DNA from: an uncultured Acidimicrobiia bacterium
GTDB taxonomy: Bacteria; Actinomycetota; Acidimicrobiia; Spongiisociales; UBA11373
Reading direction: 5' to 3'
Assembly (NCBI GenBank): GCA_964633975.1
Contig: CAZWKX010000001.1
Location: 63,969-127,968 of the forward strand
Length of the DNA stretch: 64,000 nucleotides
Part shown: positions 26,916-35,005 of the stretch, one piece after another
Layout of the letters: every line of letters starts with the position of its first letter
Numbering within the stretch: position 1 is the stretch's first letter
Program-made: the position numbers and the translations under genes
Notes under the pieces: model-generated
Database searches by the model: none
Seen by the model: the letters and a program-made list of their open reading frames with translations, nothing else
Told to the model about the DNA's origin: nothing

Positions 26916-27262
26916 TGCTGCGAGGCGAAATCCGGCTGGTGGATCTCGATCCTGCCCGAGCCGGCGAGTCGGACAAACGCCGCCCGGCCGTCATCGTGTC
27001 GAACGACGGCGCCAACGCCGCAGCCGCCAGACTGGGGCGGGGAGTCGTCACGATCGTGCCCGTGACCTCGAACGTCGACAAGGTATACCCCTTTCAGGTG
27101 CTCCTCCCGGCTCAGGACTCGGGCCTCAGCCGTGATTCAAAAGCCCAGACGGAACAGGTCCGGTCGGTCTCAGTCGACCGGGTCGGCGACAAGCTCGGGG
27201 CTCTGCCGCCTGATCTGATGCTCAATGTCGATCAGACGCTGCGGCTCCATCTGGCCCTGTAG
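26915..27262 (+). CDS. MazF/PemK family endoribonuclease toxin
   Basis: 115 aa from MLRGEIRLVDLDPARAGESDKRRPAVIVSNDGANA...VVTIVPVTSNVDKVYPFQVLLP...GLSRDSKAQTEQVRSVSVDRV, the canonical PemK/MazF pattern. Confidence 0.8.
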   Translation: MLRGEIRLVDLDPARAGESDKRRPAVIVSNDGANAAAARLGRGVVTIVPVTSNVDKVYPFQVLLPAQDSGLSRDSKAQTEQVRSVSVDRVGDKLGALPPDLMLNVDQTLRLHLAL

Positions 27263-27602
27263 CTCGGAGCGCCTTTCAGACATGCTCGGGACGGCGGGAC
27301 TGCAAAGTCGGCGGCACCGGGCGGGCTCAGTCCTGGATCACAGTCGGCGGGATGGCACCGCCGTCGAGAAGGGTGCGGTCGCCGAGCGGCGCAGCAAGCT
27401 CCGCTTCGGCGTCGAACATCAATCCGACGCCGGCACAGTATCCGGTGAAGGGCGCCTGTCCCGCCCGGCACACAACGAGGGAGGCTACGTTGGCTGCGGA
27501 TCCTCCTCTCGGCAGACCGGTGGCGTCGACCTTGGACGACGGCCACGATGTCACTCCGTTTGTGGGTGCATCGGGAACCAGATCGGCAGCTCCGGCCGTC
27601 AC

Positions 27603-28412
27603 ATGTCCATGAGCCATGGACGGCGCCACACGGCACTGCTCCTCCTCGTCGTGCTGGCGCTCGCCGCCTGCGGAACCGAAGAGCTGTACCCGTCCGGCGC
27701 GGCCGGCGATGAAACCGGCAGCAGCCCGCCCCTTGACGGCGCCTGGGTGCTGGTTGCCGCCAGCGTCGACGGGCAGACCCTGGCACTGAATGACCAATAC
27801 CGAGTCACCATGACGATCGATGGCTCCGCTATCGGCGGGCAGGCCGCATGCAACAGCTACGGCGGCTCCGTCTCAATCGACGACGGCGCCTTTGCCGTAG
27901 ACGAGATCTCCATGACCGAGATGGCTTGTGAGCCTTCCGTCATGGAGATCGAGTCGACGTTCCTGTCGGGTCTGGCCAGGGTCTCGGCCGCCACACGATC
28001 CGGTGACACTGCTTCTTTGACCGGTGAGGGGGTCGAATTCGTTTTCGATCTCCTCCCACCGGTGCCCACCGCCGAGCTGATCGGCACCACCTGGGTGCTC
28101 GACACCATCATCCAAGGCGACTCGGCCACCTCCACTGCCGCCGGCGCCGAACCCGCCAGGCTGCTTCTCAGAGCCGACGGGACGTTCGTGGGCGGCACTG
28201 GCTGCCGTGACCTCTCGGGCGAGTACATCGTGTCGGGCGACACGGTGCAGTTCACATCGTTCAGCACCCACGGCGAGTGTCCCAGCGAGATCGAATGGCA
28301 GGACGGCCAGGTGATCACCGTGCTCGAAGGTGGGTTCACCGTCGAGATCGACGGCGACCGGCTCACGGTGACCGCCTCGGGAGGCGAAGGGCTTTCCTAC
28401 AGATCGGGCTAG
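27603..28412 (+). CDS. Lipoprotein with tandem META/HslJ-like (DUF306) domains
   Basis: Start at MSMSHGRRHTALLLLVVLALAACG (lipobox). Two repeats with the GxxxCNxYxG-type motif (AIGGQAACNSYGGSVS; VGGTGCRDLSGEY). Confidence 0.7.
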   Translation: MSMSHGRRHTALLLLVVLALAACGTEELYPSGAAGDETGSSPPLDGAWVLVAASVDGQTLALNDQYRVTMTIDGSAIGGQAACNSYGGSVSIDDGAFAVDEISMTEMACEPSVMEIESTFLSGLARVSAATRSGDTASLTGEGVEFVFDLLPPVPTAELIGTTWVLDTIIQGDSATSTAAGAEPARLLLRADGTFVGGTGCRDLSGEYIVSGDTVQFTSFSTHGECPSEIEWQDGQVITVLEGGFTVEIDGDRLTVTASGGEGLSYRSG

Positions 28413-28484
28413 TAGCTCGCGCCGGTCCGGCAATCGTGACAACGATGGATCAAGCCGATACCGGTCCAGCGGCGGACGAACCCG

Positions 28485-28646
28485 TCAACTGATCCTGCCC
28501 TGCTTGCCCTCGGCAGCGCCTCTCTTCGCCCTCTTGTCGGAACGCTTCTGCTTGAGATCCTTCGCGGCCACCTTCTTGACGTTCTTGCCGCCTTTGTTCT
28601 TCGTGCCCATCAGTGCCTCCAGGCCGGCCACCGAGATGGCAGCCAT
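28485..28646 (-). CDS. Hypothetical small, highly basic, Lys-rich protein
   Basis: 53 aa MAAISVAGLEALMGTKNKGGKNVKKVAAKDLKQKRSDKRAKRGAAEGKQGRIS. Composition is protein-like but the family is unrecognised. Confidence 0.3.
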   Translation of the reverse strand: MAAISVAGLEALMGTKNKGGKNVKKVAAKDLKQKRSDKRAKRGAAEGKQGRIS

Positions 28647-28968
28647 ACCGCATTCTCTCACGCCGTGCCATCCGACAGGCCTCATTGGCCGCCCTGACCC
28701 TTCCACGACTCGAGCGTCCTTCGGGACCCCTAGCCTCACCGGCATGAGGCCTAACCCCTACGAGGAAGACGACTACCCCACCCCGCTCCTCCGTAGACGC
28801 GGCGTGCTCGGGACGGTTGCCATGCTCGCAGCCGGAGCGCTGCTCCTGCTCACGCTCATGTCGACGTGCACTGCTGGCAGGCGAGGACCGGCGCCCCCAA
28901 CAACCACGGCCCCCACCCTGGTGGCCCTGCCCGGGTAGCCCTCCAATCGGCTCCCGGCCGGCGAAGCG

Positions 28969-29925
28969 CTACCCGAACTGCCGGCTCCAGGCCCTTATCT
29001 CGTCGACCGAGGCATTCCCACCACAGAGGATGAGCACGACGTGCTCACCGAGGCGTCCGCGCAGCGCCTCTGCCGCCGCCAGCGTGCAAGACGCCGCCGG
29101 CTCGGTGAGCACCTTGGCCCGTTCGAGCAGGAACACGAGCGCGGCGAAAGCGGCAGAGTCGGGCACCACAACGACGTCCTCCAGCAGCTCCCGTGCCGCG
29201 GCCAGAGTCGCCTCGCACACCCACGGCGCGGCCAGAGTCTTGGCGATCGACGTGGGCTGCATCTCCACGATTTCGCCGGCGTCAAGAGCGCGCCTCATGG
29301 CATCGGCCCCTTCGGTCTCCACACCCCACATGCGCACCCCCGGCATGCAGGCCTTGAGAGCGGTGGCAACCCCTGCCATAAGACCGCCGCCACCGATGCT
29401 CACGAACACGTCGGTGGCGTCCGGGGCATCGGCGGCCACCTCGAAGCCGAGAGTGCCGTTGCCCGCCATCATGTACGGATCGTCGAAAGGGTGCATCAAG
29501 GCCAGGCCGGAGTCGGCGTAGGTCTCGGCGCGAGCGAAGGCATCAGCGATGGTGGGCACAATCTCGACCTCGGCACCGTAGGCCCGAGTGGCCTCTATGG
29601 AATGAGCCGGCGTGCCTTCGGGCATGAGGATCCTCGTCGTCACACCCATCTGGCCACCGGCAAAAGCGAGGCCCCGGGCGAAGTTGCCCCCGCTCACCCC
29701 GACCACGCCCCGCTCCCGCTGCTGCTCGGACAGATGAAGCAGCTCGTTGAAGGCCCCCCGAGGTTTGAACGATCCGGTCTTCTGGAACAGCTCCAGCTTC
29801 AGAGATGTGCGGGTCCCGAGGAACTCGCTCAGAGTCCGGCTGGAGACGAGCGGTGTCCGGTGCAGGCGGCCCGAGATCAGATCGAGCGCCTCCTCTATGT
29901 CGGCGAGGGTGATCGGTACGGTCAC
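28969..29925 (-). CDS. PLP-dependent threonine/serine dehydratase (threonine ammonia-lyase family)
   Basis: 318 aa. PLP-lysine motif LFQKTGSFKPRGAFN and glycine-rich GVSGGNFARG and SIGGGGL loops. Confidence 0.85.
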   Translation of the reverse strand: MTVPITLADIEEALDLISGRLHRTPLVSSRTLSEFLGTRTSLKLELFQKTGSFKPRGAFNELLHLSEQQRERGVVGVSGGNFARGLAFAGGQMGVTTRILMPEGTPAHSIEATRAYGAEVEIVPTIADAFARAETYADSGLALMHPFDDPYMMAGNGTLGFEVAADAPDATDVFVSIGGGGLMAGVATALKACMPGVRMWGVETEGADAMRRALDAGEIVEMQPTSIAKTLAAPWVCEATLAAARELLEDVVVVPDSAAFAALVFLLERAKVLTEPAASCTLAAAEALRGRLGEHVVLILCGGNASVDEIRAWSRQFG

Positions 29926-29967
29926 CGCGCCACCCTACCGCCCGGCTTCGGTGGCGCGCCTGCCATC

Positions 29968-30855
29968 ATGGACACCATGAAGCACGTCTTCGTCTGTGGG
30001 TACTCGCGCTCCGGGACGACGCTGCTCACCACGATCCTCGATTCTCACCCACGGATCTCAATGGGCTACGAGCTGATGCAGCCGCTCCCCGATCTCCCCG
30101 GCGCCTTCGATGCGTTGCGGAATGCCGTGCAGCTCAGAGAGATGGAACGACCCGAGCGGGCCCTCCGCCGCAGGCAGGCCACCTACGACGTGGGAACGTA
30201 CCTGATCCACGCCAGATGGGCCCGGCTCAACGGGCACGACCTCCTACGCATCCTCCGCCGCTTTATCGACGAGGGCACCACTGAGGTGCGGACCCTGCGC
30301 GACCAGGCCCGACTCGCCATGGCCGTGGTCGAGCGAAAGCGAGAAAAGGAAGGCACCGACCTCAGCGGATACAAGGTGCTCACTTCGCGGTTTGGCGTCT
30401 TCCGCCGCGATTTTCCCGGAAGTGCCTTCGTTCTCATCGTGCGGGACCCCCGCGACATCGTCACCTCCCAGCTAGCTCGCGGCTTCGAGCGCTCGGTCCT
30501 GCAGATCGCAGAGCACTGGAGGGACTACCTGAACCGGTTCTCGAGGTTCGCCCTGCTCCACCCCAGGCGCACGGTGGCCGTCCGCTACGAGGATCTCGTC
30601 GATGACCCCGAGCCGCAGTACGAGCGCATCTTCGGGATGCTCCGCCTCGACTTCGGAGATGAGGTGCGCCAATACTGGGACTCCAAGGCGAGCATCCTGC
30701 GCACCCGCCACAACAACGCTCGCCTCGTCAGCCAGCAGCTCTTCAGCACCTCGATCGGCCGCTGGCGGGATGAGCTCGCCCTCGAGCACGTGGCCGCGGT
30801 GGAACGGATCTGCGGTAGGCCCATGACGCGGTTCGGCTACCAACCGAGGGCCTAG
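29968..30855 (+). CDS. Sulfotransferase family protein
   Basis: Start MDTMKHVFVCGYSRSGTTLLTTIL gives the 5'-PSB PAPS-binding loop (GxxRSGTT). RDPRD later matches the 3'-PB motif. The upstream part of ORF 29041..30855 is antisense to the dehydratase and was discarded. Confidence 0.8.
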   Translation: MDTMKHVFVCGYSRSGTTLLTTILDSHPRISMGYELMQPLPDLPGAFDALRNAVQLREMERPERALRRRQATYDVGTYLIHARWARLNGHDLLRILRRFIDEGTTEVRTLRDQARLAMAVVERKREKEGTDLSGYKVLTSRFGVFRRDFPGSAFVLIVRDPRDIVTSQLARGFERSVLQIAEHWRDYLNRFSRFALLHPRRTVAVRYEDLVDDPEPQYERIFGMLRLDFGDEVRQYWDSKASILRTRHNNARLVSQQLFSTSIGRWRDELALEHVAAVERICGRPMTRFGYQPRA

Positions 30856-31853
30856 CTTCCCTCCGCCTCCCCCTCGTCCTCCTCACGATGTGAGTCGACG
30901 GCCGCCACGGCGAAGGCCGTCCCATCGGCCTCGGCAGCCAAGTGCAAGCCCCAGCCCACCGCCAGGTCCAAAGGCTCCCACAGCACCCAGCGCAGGCTCC
31001 CGGCCATCTCGCCGAGGTGGTCCGCAGCCACCGGCCACCCGAGGCCGGCCAGTGCCGCCGCCGCCCACCAGGCGGTGAAGCGGCCCGCCGGAGTGCCCCG
31101 ACGCCGCCCGTAGGCACCGCCGCTGGATCCCGCCCAGGCCATCCACGAGAAGGCGCCGGCGACGTCGATGTCGGTGGCAAGCACCTCCCTGTGACCGAGA
31201 GCAGCGACCGCCGCCTCGGCATCTCCCGCGACGGCGACGGCCTCCACGGCTCCGTTGGACTGCTCGGCCCACACCCTGCCCAGATCCACAAGAGCCTCCA
31301 CCGACCCCTCGTCGTCCATGATGCGGCCGGCCTGGGGAAGCCGAATGGGCTGCAGCCGCGGCCGATCGGGCGCGGGGAAATCGGCCTTGTCGGAGCGATA
31401 GGTGGCGACCACATAGCGACGCTCCCAGGGCTGCAACACCAGCGGCAACTCGAGCACGTTGCGGTCGATACTCGTGTCGTCCTCCAGGTCCTCCCCCCGC
31501 ACCACACGCTCATGAGCCGCCATGGTCCGGGCCGGGCCGGCAACGAGATGCGGCGCCAGATCCACCCACGGGTGTGTGCTCGCCGCCACCTCCCACAGGG
31601 GCCCCAGAGCAAACCGCCCCGCACCCTCGACGACGACCGAGCCGGCAAAGCCGGCCGGCGCTTCGAGGGCCATGCGGTACTCGGCGTACTCCGCCGCCGG
31701 CCACAGCTGCAGGCCCCGCTCCAGAGCGTGTCGGCAGCGGTCGCGCAGCTCCACGATGCCGTCCCAGTCACCTTCGCCGCACAGCACGTGCACGAGCCTG
31801 ACCAACTCGTCGAGATCCCCGCGATCCACCGCATCGGCGATGCGGCGACTCAT
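30852..31853 (-). CDS. Hypothetical protein (unknown family)
   Basis: About 333 aa from MSRRIADAVDRGDLDELVRLVHVLCGEGDWDGIVELRDRCRHALERGLQLW... Balanced, protein-like composition. Competing long antisense ORFs here were judged shadow frames. Confidence 0.5.
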   Translation of the reverse strand: MSRRIADAVDRGDLDELVRLVHVLCGEGDWDGIVELRDRCRHALERGLQLWPAAEYAEYRMALEAPAGFAGSVVVEGAGRFALGPLWEVAASTHPWVDLAPHLVAGPARTMAAHERVVRGEDLEDDTSIDRNVLELPLVLQPWERRYVVATYRSDKADFPAPDRPRLQPIRLPQAGRIMDDEGSVEALVDLGRVWAEQSNGAVEAVAVAGDAEAAVAALGHREVLATDIDVAGAFSWMAWAGSSGGAYGRRRGTPAGRFTAWWAAAALAGLGWPVAADHLGEMAGSLRWVLWEPLDLAVGWGLHLAAEADGTAFAVAAVDSHREEDEGEAEGS

Positions 31854-32017
31854 GCCGCGCCCGGCCCGACGGCGCAAGGCTCAGGCCGCGGCGACCGCGG
31901 CGAGCCCTTCTCCCGTCCGGCCTGCTCGAGCGTCTTGGATTCGCCGCCGGCCGGCCCAGAACACAGCCATCTCCACATCGAGCCACAACCTACCGCAACC
32001 CGGCAAGCAGCGCGACC

Positions 32018-32323
32018 ATGGATCCGACGAACGCCGAGACGACCAACGGCCGCAGAACACCGTGGTCCGGCGACCCGCGAGTGGCGGAGGCCTCGGGCGG
32101 CGGTAGGGTTGGGTTCGTGCTCGCCAGCCGACTCCCCGATTGGGTCTCACGTCCTGCCGGCGCCCTCGCCGTGGTCGCAGCCGTCGCCGGGTCCGGACTC
32201 ATCTTCTGGGCAACCGTGTCCGGCTCGTACCTCGCCGCCATCCTCGGCGGCGTCGCCTTTTTCGCCGCAGGCCTGTTCTGGTACGCCGCCGACCTGGCCG
32301 CCGGCCAGCACCCCCTTCGTTGA
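32018..32323 (+). CDS. Hypothetical small membrane protein (2 predicted TM)
   Basis: 101 aa with two hydrophobic helices (ALAVVAAVAGSGLIFWATV; LAAILGGVAFFAAGLFWYAA). Lies 38 nt upstream of the SGNH hydrolase gene. Confidence 0.4.
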   Translation: MDPTNAETTNGRRTPWSGDPRVAEASGGGRVGFVLASRLPDWVSRPAGALAVVAAVAGSGLIFWATVSGSYLAAILGGVAFFAAGLFWYAADLAAGQHPLR

Positions 32324-32361
32324 GGCGGGAGCCTGGAAGCGCCCTGATAGGCTGCCGACCG

Positions 32362-33135
32362 ATGGCTAAACCTCTGCTCGTCGCTGCCCCGTTCGTGCCG
32401 CTTGCCGCCGCCGGGTTCGCAGCCTCGCAGGTGCTGCGGGCCGCCCATCGCAAGGACCTACCCTCTCTCTCCAACGCAGACGCCTCCGGGCTGTTCGGTG
32501 ACCCCGAATCGCCGCCGCTGCGCTTCGTGGCCATCGGAGACAGCTCCCTGACTGGACCCGGACTGGTCAATCTTGACAACATCTGGGTGCGACGGCTCGC
32601 CTCCCACTTCGCCGTCGACCATCACGTCGAGCTCATATCGCTCGGCGTTGGCGGCTCGAGAGCCCTGGATGTCATAGACGGCCAGCTCGACGAGGCGGTG
32701 GCCCTGCATCCCGATATCGCTCTCGTCACCGTCGGTGCCAACGACGCGATCCGTGCCACACTCGCTCAGACCTACCGCGCCGCAATAGCTCACATGATCT
32801 CTCGGCTCGAGGAAGCCGCCGGCGCCATCGTCTTGATGGGCGTCGGCGACCTGGGGTCGATCCCCCGCCTTCCCCACGCCCTTCGACCTTTTCTGTCGTG
32901 GAGAGCCCGGGTTTTCGACGACATCTGCGCCTCCATCGCAGTGTCTCGTCCCACAACGGTCAAGGTGTACACCCGCGGCCGCATCTCGACGGCGTTCTGG
33001 GACGACCGCTCACTCTTCGCCGCCGACCTGTTCCACGCCGCCGATGAGGGCCACCGCATCTTTGCCGAGGAGGCACTCCCCGCCTTCCAGGCGGCCTACA
33101 GCATCGCTTTGGGAAGAAGAGGGGCAACCATCTAG
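32362..33135 (+). CDS. SGNH/GDSL family hydrolase (esterase/lipase)
   Basis: Start MAKPLLVAAPF. Block I FVAIGDSSLTG, then GG, GxND (TVGANDA) and DxxH (LFHAADEGH) blocks. Confidence 0.8.
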   Translation: MAKPLLVAAPFVPLAAAGFAASQVLRAAHRKDLPSLSNADASGLFGDPESPPLRFVAIGDSSLTGPGLVNLDNIWVRRLASHFAVDHHVELISLGVGGSRALDVIDGQLDEAVALHPDIALVTVGANDAIRATLAQTYRAAIAHMISRLEEAAGAIVLMGVGDLGSIPRLPHALRPFLSWRARVFDDICASIAVSRPTTVKVYTRGRISTAFWDDRSLFAADLFHAADEGHRIFAEEALPAFQAAYSIALGRRGATI

Positions 33136-33189
33136 GGTGAATCTCCGCCATGGCGGCCCGGTTTCACGGAACGCGCGGTACGATTGGTC

Positions 33190-33292
33190 TGCTCCGGGGA
33201 GCTCGGGATAGCCGAGCTGAGAGGATGGCCGGCCGCACAGGCAACGCCATCGACCCGTGGAACCTGATCTGGGTAATTCCAGCGGAGGGAGC
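33190..33292 (+). ncRNA. TPP (THI-box) riboswitch
   Basis: GGGGAGCUCGGGAUAGCCGAG-CUGAGA-GGAUGGCC...ACCCGUGGAACCUGAUCUGGGUAAUUCCAGCGGAGGGA matches the THI-element consensus (CUGAGA...ACCC..GAACCUGAUCUGGNUAAUNCCAGCGNAGGGA). The 3' GGAGGGA doubles as the SD, 3 nt before the ATG at 33294. Confidence 0.8.
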
Positions 33293-33293
33293 C

Positions 33294-33941
33294 ATGGACG
33301 CCACAGCCGTTGTCTTCACTGGGGGAGATCCGGTACCACACGACTTGCGGCTGATGCTCCCGGACGACGCATTCTTCATCGCCGCGGACTCCGGCCTCCG
33401 CACCGCGTTCGACCTCGAGATCGACGTCGATCTGGTCATCGGTGATCTGGATTCTGCCGATCCGACCGACGTCGCCACGGCGATCGAAGCCGGGGCCGAG
33501 GTCGAGCGGCACCCGGCCGACAAGGACGCCACCGACCTCGAGCTGGCCCTGGAGGCCGCCCTCACCCGCGGCCTGTCTCCCGTCATTGTGGTCGGCGGCG
33601 CCGGATGGGATCGTTTCGACCACCTGCTGGCCAATGCCCTCCTGCTGGCCTCCCCCCGGTTCGCTCCCCTGCGCCCGCGCTGGTGGGTGAAGGGAGCGCA
33701 CGTGACCATCGTGCACGACCGGTCCGTGCTCCAGGGTGTGCCCGGCGACAAGGTCACCCTCCTTGCCGCCGGCGGACCAGTCAAGGGGGTCAACACCAGG
33801 AATCTCCGCTGGCCTCTTGTCAACGAGACGCTCTCACCAGGTTCCACCCGGGGCGTCAGCAACGAGATGACGAGCCACGCGGCCACGATCACCGTGGATG
33901 AGGGGGTACTCATCGCCATCCGAGTAGGGAGGGAGCTTTGA
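33294..33941 (+). CDS. Thiamine pyrophosphokinase (thiamine diphosphokinase)
   Basis: 215 aa from MDATAVVFTGGD. Catalytic motifs VIGDLDS and KDATDLELAL, plus a C-terminal thiamine-binding region. ORF 33150..33941 trimmed because 33190-33292 is the riboswitch. Confidence 0.85.
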   Translation: MDATAVVFTGGDPVPHDLRLMLPDDAFFIAADSGLRTAFDLEIDVDLVIGDLDSADPTDVATAIEAGAEVERHPADKDATDLELALEAALTRGLSPVIVVGGAGWDRFDHLLANALLLASPRFAPLRPRWWVKGAHVTIVHDRSVLQGVPGDKVTLLAAGGPVKGVNTRNLRWPLVNETLSPGSTRGVSNEMTSHAATITVDEGVLIAIRVGREL

Positions 33942-35005
33942 GGACATACCTGGCGGCACTGCTGATCCTTGCCGTCGTCACGGCCGGCTGCGGAGACGAC
34001 GGCGTCGCGACGACGGGTGGGACACCGACGACGGCGGCCGGCGTCGTGCGACTCCTGACCCACGATTCGTTCCTCGTCTCCGACGAGGTGCTCGATCAGT
34101 TCACCGCCGAGACGGGCATCGAGGTCGAGATCCTCGCCGCCGGCGATGCCGGCCTTGTGCTCAACCAAGCGATCCTCACCGCAGGCAACCCCGTCGCCGA
34201 CGTGCTCTTCGGAGTGGACAACACCTTCCTGTCCCGCGCCCTCGACAACGAGATCTTCATACCCTACGAGAGTCCCGGCCTGGCCAGCGTGCCCGACGAC
34301 CTTCAGGTCGATCCCGAGTTCCGGGTGACCCCGATCGACTTCGGCGACGTCTGCCTCAACTACGACAAGGAGGCATTCGACGGGCTGGTTCCGCCCCAGA
34401 CGCTCCTGGATCTCACCGCCCCCGCCTACAAAAGCATGCTCGTGGTGGAGAACCCGGCGACGTCTTCCCCCGGCCTGGCCTTCCTGCTTGCCACCATCGC
34501 CACCTTCCCCGACGACGCCGAGTACACGTGGCACGACTACTGGGCCGACCTGAGAGCCAACGACGTGGACGTCACCGAGGGCTGGGAGACGGCCTACTAC
34601 GGAGAATTCTCTGGCGGCTCGGGCACGGGTGACCGTCCCATCGTGGTCTCCTATGCATCGTCTCCTCCGGCCGAGGTCATCTACGCCGAGGAACCGCTCG
34701 ACGAGGCGCCCACCGGTGTCGTCACCGACGGCTGCTACCGGCAGATCGAGTTCGCCGGCATACTGCGCGGCGCCTCCAACCCCGAGGCCGCAGCCCTGCT
34801 CATCGACTTCATGCTCTCCGAGGCGTTCCAGGAGGACATCCCGCTCAACATGTTCGTGTTTCCGGCCAACCGAGACGCCGAGCTGCCCGTTGAGTTCCTC
34901 GAGTACACCACGCTTCCCCAAAGCCCTCTGAGCATCGACCCGGCCACGATCGACGCCAACCGAGAAGCTTGGCTCGATGAGTGGACGACGATAGTGGTGC
35001 GGTGA
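33938..35005 (+). CDS. Thiamine/Fe(III)-type ABC transporter substrate-binding lipoprotein (TbpA/ThiB-like)
   Basis: 355 aa. Lipoprotein signal MRTYLAALLILAVVTAGCG and a periplasmic-binding-protein fold. Placed between a riboswitch-controlled TPK and the ABC permease/ATPase. Confidence 0.75.
   Translation: MRTYLAALLILAVVTAGCGDDGVATTGGTPTTAAGVVRLLTHDSFLVSDEVLDQFTAETGIEVEILAAGDAGLVLNQAILTAGNPVADVLFGVDNTFLSRALDNEIFIPYESPGLASVPDDLQVDPEFRVTPIDFGDVCLNYDKEAFDGLVPPQTLLDLTAPAYKSMLVVENPATSSPGLAFLLATIATFPDDAEYTWHDYWADLRANDVDVTEGWETAYYGEFSGGSGTGDRPIVVSYASSPPAEVIYAEEPLDEAPTGVVTDGCYRQIEFAGILRGASNPEAAALLIDFMLSEAFQEDIPLNMFVFPANRDAELPVEFLEYTTLPQSPLSIDPATIDANREAWLDEWTTIVVR

Noticed and set aside
26431-27081. 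216-aa minus-strand ORF overlapping mazE/mazF.
   Set aside because: Only its C-terminal ~60 aa resemble a real (MDR oxidoreductase) protein. The rest is antisense to the TA genes, so it is treated as a gene remnant and not a CDS.
29041-29967. N-terminal 309 codons of the 604-aa plus-strand ORF containing the sulfotransferase.
   Set aside because: This part is antisense to the well-supported threonine dehydratase gene. The sulfotransferase motifs begin only after the ATG at 29968.
33150-33293. Upstream part of ORF 33150..33941 as the TPK N-terminus.
   Set aside because: The region is occupied by a THI-box riboswitch. The MDATAVV start at 33294 has the SD-like GGAGGGA directly upstream.
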